Below are positions 59,001-64,000 of a stretch of 64,000 bases of DNA, one piece after another. A program made the position numbers and the translations under genes. How positions within the stretch are numbered: the stretch's first letter is position 1; each line of letters starts with the position of its first letter. The DNA is from Macrostomum lignano (lineage: Eukaryota): NCBI GenBank assembly GCA_002269645.1, contig NIVC01000032.1, positions 62,001 to 126,000 on the forward strand, given 5' to 3'. The notes under the pieces are model-generated. The model saw nothing but the letters and a program-made list of their open reading frames with translations. It was not told where the DNA came from and searched no databases.

Positions 59001-59284
59001 GGGCCAATAGCGAGTGACCAACGCGGCTTTGTATCGCCGCGCCGGCCTGGTCCGTCCAAGCGACCTGTTGCGCCGTCGGCGACTCCAGCTGGCAGGCCAC
59101 ATCATCCGCGCCAAGTCGCACTGCCCTGCAGGAGGTGCAGCTGCTAACGCTGCTGGCACCCTACCGGCGAGTCGGCGTTTCGTTGACTGCCTACTGTCTG
59201 GCGATTCCCATGGCCATTCGCGACCTGGCCCTGAGACGTGCCTGCGACGCTGAATGCGTATTCTGTTGTTGTTGTTGTTGTTGT
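59001..59284 (+). mobile_element. 3' fragment of an RTE-like LINE with a (TTG)n tail
   Basis: RVTNAALYRRAG...LLRRRRLQLAGHIIR is an RTE-type C-terminus, followed by TTGTTG repeats to 59284. Confidence 0.7.
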
Positions 59285-60163
59285 ATTTATTTATTAATTG
59301 GGACGCACTTAGGCAAAAGGAGAAACTGTAGTGTAGCTGAGTATTTGAAAAGATAAACAAATGGAGGGGTGAATATGCTCATGAATAATTGCACAATGAA
59401 CTTGGCTGTCTTAGCAGGAAGTAGGTAAATAATATGGCCTCCGTCGCATAGCCACGGATACTCCGATACTCCACTCGATAAAATGTACAGTAATGTCGTG
59501 CAGTTTTAAAGTAGAATGCTGGTAAGAACCACTTGTCGCTGCTTGCAGTACTAACTTAATTCCACCTTAATTTGATTTGTAGAATGGAAGCAAAAGCTCC
59601 GAAGCCTTTTCCCCAGTACGTCTGCCACTGAAAAAGCGCTTTCGTCCTTCGATAGAAATCGTCGAATAGTGTCGATCGGCAGGATTAGTTTCTGGTGGAA
59701 GGCTTCTGCCTGCGTAGCACAGCTGTGTTGATGAGCAGCATCGGCGCCTTCTAGGCGAGCTGGAAGTCCTTCATCCGGATGTGAAGACATTTTTGAGCTG
59801 ATCAGATTTCTATACTAAGAATTCAGTGGGGAGAAGGAGCGAATTAGGAGCTAGGAGCAAAGAGTAGAGGAGCAAAAGCAGGCGGGATCGGGAGCTTCAT
59901 ACTCATTTAACGTGAGTATACGCTCGTATACTCATATATTTGTTTTCTATAACGCATTCCTTGGTGTTCGCTTCACGCAATTGGATCTTTACTGCCGCAC
60001 ATGCATGTGCTGTAAAACCTTCTGAAGTTCGCATTAAACTAAAAAAAGCGCCGTGCATTACATTTTTAAATCGAGATCACTTCACTACTGCCCACTCACA
60101 GCATTTTATCTCCTAAGCACAACTCGTAGCCCTCATCACTGCTGTACGCCCTCTCTTCTGTAT

Positions 60164-60672
60164 CACTAGGCCAATGTCACTGGGCCAATGTCACTTGGCC
60201 AATGTCACTGAGCCAATATCATGAGGTCAATATGACTGGGCCAATGTCACTGGGCCAATATCACTGGGCCAATGTCACTTGGGCCAATGTCACTGGGCCA
60301 ATGTCACTGAGCCAATATCATGGGGTCAATATGACTGGTCACTGGGCCAATATCACTGGGCCATTGTCACTGGGCCAATGTCACTGGGCCAATGTCACTG
60401 AGCCAATATCATGGGGTCAATATGACTGGTCACTGGGCCAATATCACTGGGCCATTGTCACTGGGCCAATGTCACTGGGCCAATGTCACTGAGCCAATAT
60501 CATGGGGTCAATATGACTGGTCACTGGGCCAATGTCACTGGGCCAATGTCACTGGGCCAATGTCGCTGGGCCAATGTCACTGGGCCAATGTCACTGGGCC
60601 AATGTCACTGGGCCAATATGACTGGGCCAATGTCACTGGGCCAATGTCACTGGGCCAATGTCGCTGGGCAAC
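60164..60672. repeat. 14-bp minisatellite (GGGCCAATGTCACT)n with longer-period variant blocks
   Basis: Tandem units, with a recurrent variant block GAGCCAATATCATGGGGTCAATATGACTGG. Confidence 0.93.
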
Positions 60673-60969
60673 TGCAATAGTTCAGACTCTGCTAAAAGAA
60701 GCGATCTTCCAGTCTAAGCCAAGAAGTAAACGAATTCGCTCTGCATTCAGCAAGTGCACAGCTGCATCAAATAACGCAGTTGCTTTGCGCCCTCTGAAGC
60801 AGGCAGATGCGAACTCTGGACCGTGAACAGTCACCTGCCCTCTGCCAATGTAAACTGTGCGTCCCCACCCATGCTGCAGCTGCCGCTCGTCTACTTAAAA
60901 GGCAGCCTTGTGCGAATCAACAGTTGTCGTTTTACAACGAAATAAAATTGAAGGACCTGCGGTGCTGCA

Positions 60970-62649
60970 ATGAGCATTGAAGATTCCAGCGACAGCTCGA
61001 GTTCGGACGCGCCTCCCGCTACCCCAACTCCTCTTTGCATCATCTGCGACCAAGCTGCAGTCGGTGTGGCTCCGTTCTCCCGCTGCCGCATGTGCAGTCA
61101 ACACCTCAGTGTCGATGTGGCCAATCTATTCAAGCTCAAGGAGGAGGTCGAAGAGCTGCTGCGTGCCTACTCAAAAGACTCACAAGACTCACAAGACTCA
61201 CAAGGTGCAGCAGGTGCAGCCAGCCGTGCAGCGCTGATGCGACCAAGACAAGACGCTGAGTCGCTGCGTCGTCTCGCTCTCGACATCCAACAGCAGCTGC
61301 AAGAGGTCAATCACAAATTCGATTTGGTACAGCAACACATCGACTCGTTTCGTAGCAGGGTGACGGGCCAGCTCTCAGGTGTGCTTGAGGCAGTGCGTGT
61401 GTGCGAGCGGGACCTCGAGGACGTCTCCAGCTACAAGTAGGAGGTGGCCACGTCGGAGACTGCAGGCGACATGGCGGAGCTGCTTCGCCTGGTCCAGTCC
61501 ATGCACGAATCGCTTGGAGACTTGGAGGCCGACTTTGAGAGGTCAGAGCGCCTGCTCAGAGAACAGAGGGACAATGAGGAGCTGCAGCTGCGGCTTCTGG
61601 GCCAGCTCGAGCGGCTGGTTGGCATTTGTGCGGGACGCAGTGAAGAGGGCGACTGGTCGAGAGACGCTGCGGTGACCGCGAGGCCGGATTTGAGAGACGC
61701 TGCGGTGACTGCGACATCTGAGGAGATAGACGCTGCTGAGAGAGAGAATGTTGGAGCCGATGGTCTTTAGTCACGAGGTGGATCTGGATGCCCCTGTTCA
61801 ATGGCTGGCTGTGTGCAGCGACACCAGCGGATTCGTTGGTGACCGCTCAGGCCGAGTGGTTCCCGCCGACTCAGCGAGAGGCGGCAGCGAGACTCTGCCT
61901 CAGCCCTGCATCCTGGCATCATTTCATCGCAATAGTAACAAAGACCACCTACTGATGCTGTCTGTGGACGGCTCACAGAAGCTGCGATGCCACTGCGACA
62001 TCGACTGGAATAAGAATATTCCAGGCCTTCACTGCGACCGTCAGCTGCTGTTCATTGCTCAGCATGACGTAGTGACAGCGACGGACTTGAGCGGTCGCAA
62101 GGTGCATCGAATTTACCGCCCACACATCGAGGGCTTCGGTGACATCAGTGGAATCGGTGGCAACGCAGCCTCCGTGTTTGTGTCCAGTGAAAACAAAATT
62201 GCTGCATTCAGCAAAGCGACTTGGCAGATGGAGACGGTCATCACGCTGTCTCAGCTTCCTTTTGCTTATTTAAACAACCTGGCGACTCACGACAACTGCA
62301 TTCTGGTGATAGCAGGGAGCGCGATAAGGTGCACAGAGTGCGCATCGACACCCAGCAGCTGGTCGCCTCCTTCCCGACTCAGCGTTCCGGCCTCCAACAG
62401 TTTGCCTTTTCAGAGGATGTGGCCGTCGACAGCAGAGGCCGCCTGTTCGTGAGTGAAAATGGTGGTCACTCAGTGCGAGCGGTGGCTGCAGACGACGGTT
62501 CGCTGCTGTGGACTCTGGGCGGGAGAGTCAGCAGAGACGGCAGATTTTGGCATCCATGGGGTCTGGCGGTGGTGACGGGATGTCCGCGCGAGCAGCTGCT
62601 GGTGGCTGACTGTTACAACAACAGACTACAGGTGTTCAGTGCATCCTAA
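60970..62649 (+). pseudogene. TRIM-NHL-like copy 6 (nonsense and frameshift mutations)
   Basis: CAG>TAG at 61438-61440, a 33-bp in-frame duplication near 61660-61715, a (GA)5 frameshift at 61738-61747, a second frameshift near 62310-62330, and a 9-bp deletion near 62520. Confidence 0.92.
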
Positions 62650-63280
62650 TTTTATTCACAGGCCGAATAATAATCAAACTGTAGTCTTACTGGAGTGATT
62701 GGTTTATCGGAGGCCGGGTTTTCGTTTGACGTTTTCTTATGATAGAATTTTACATTTGATAAGCTTTGAATGATAATTGTTTATCATGTCAAATACGAGC
62801 TTCATTCAGAATTTTCTATTTATTGAGTAGGAAGCACATAATTAATTAATCATGTGTATTAAAGTATTTACACTGGCTCATAACGCTTCTCTTTTTCTGT
62901 TTTTCTTTTTCTAGAAGCTTCAGCACCAGAAAATGTGACTGGACTGTAAAAAAATGATTTTCAACAGAAACTTAAAAAACACATTTTTTGCCTTTGCAAA
63001 TTATTTTGGAAATTTCTAATCACGCTGTGCTGAATCAATCTCCAACTTTTGACCTTCAGATTCAGACTGCTAATTTATTTTTATCAGTCGCTCGCTTCTG
63101 CAGTTTTCTCCAAAAAGCCCCTCAGTTTGCGCTGCAACTTACTCTCGTACTTGATTCAAATGCAAACGAATTTTGACTAATTTATCTATTTTTCTTATGA
63201 AGCCTTTATCGTACCGTTTCTATGTTAGAACTGATGTCAAATATATCTGGTCATTTCTCTTTTAATCACCTCCCTCGACT

Positions 63281-64000
63281 CAAGGACCACTTTAGTACAA
63301 GAGGACATTAAACTGCAAGATCTTGCCAATTTTTAGAAAAGAACTGCAGATGAGAAACATCTTTTTTCCATCACAAAATCAATGATTCCATTTGATCTGG
63401 GGCAGTGACGATGGCTATTATTCTTTGTCGCAGGGCTAAGTTGTCGCAGGGCTAATTCCTATACTTAATTTTATCAATGTACTTTTGCACGAATGTACTT
63501 TTACGATTGGTAGCGTGACTACTTCTCTATCTACTTCTATATTGGTAGCGTCTACTTATCTTATTGGTGGCGTCTGTACATGTACTGTACTCTTTGACCT
63601 GAGCGGTCTAATAGCACTGTCTACTCTATTTACTCCTATAGTTTTCTCAGTCCTGGGCGTTCCCGGGATCAGAGGGTCACAGCCTATGCTCTTTCTCTGC
63701 CCTGATGCGATCTTCTCCTGCTATATGAAGCGTTTCCCCGGTCCTGAGGCGATTTATACACTCTGAGGTTATTGTCCTGAGGCAATTCTCGCTTTCTAGC
63801 GGTCTATTACTACTCTCAATATGAGGATTTTTACTCTTGTAAAAATCAAAAAATAAAAAAAAGCAAATAACCAAGTCATAAGCGATTTCAATATTACAAC
63901 GAACTAAGTTTGCTTATTAAAAACCAAGAGGCGGCAAACGTGTAAAAAGTAAAAACAAGTTACAAGGAATACCTTTTAATTTACTCGATTACATTTTAAA
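63281..64000. mobile_element. Possible left end of a TIR element related to the 24510 MITE
   Basis: Homology to the conserved 3' flank stops at 63280, where CAAGGACCACT begins, identical to the first 11 nt of the MITE TIR. The right end is not seen in the window. Confidence 0.45.

Overview
Eukaryotic (metazoan-like), repeat-dense 64 kb window; the organism cannot be determined from the sequence. Its backbone is a head-to-tail, plus-strand tandem cluster of six paralogues of a RING-less TRIM-NHL-like gene (Cys/His Zn motif, variable SQE repeat, coiled coil, NHL beta-propeller) with single-exon CDSs. Four copies are intact (ATG 3695, 31349, 41296, 54128) and two are disrupted (13423, 60970). 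There is also an orphan 60-nt propeller cassette and a gene-less copy of the 3' flank. The N-terminal halves are almost identical. The propeller halves vary in short patches that map to predicted top-face loops and are shared between copies in a mosaic pattern, which suggests a diversifying receptor or sensor family. Between the genes lie a very young Gypsy/Mag-like LTR element inside copy 2, a second Gypsy whose ends are inverted rather than direct repeats yet flanked by a 5-bp TSD, a solo LTR, RTE and RNase H-bearing LINEs, a 781-bp TIR element, a P/THAP transposase relic, and many mini/satellites that expanded independently at homologous positions of the duplicated unit.
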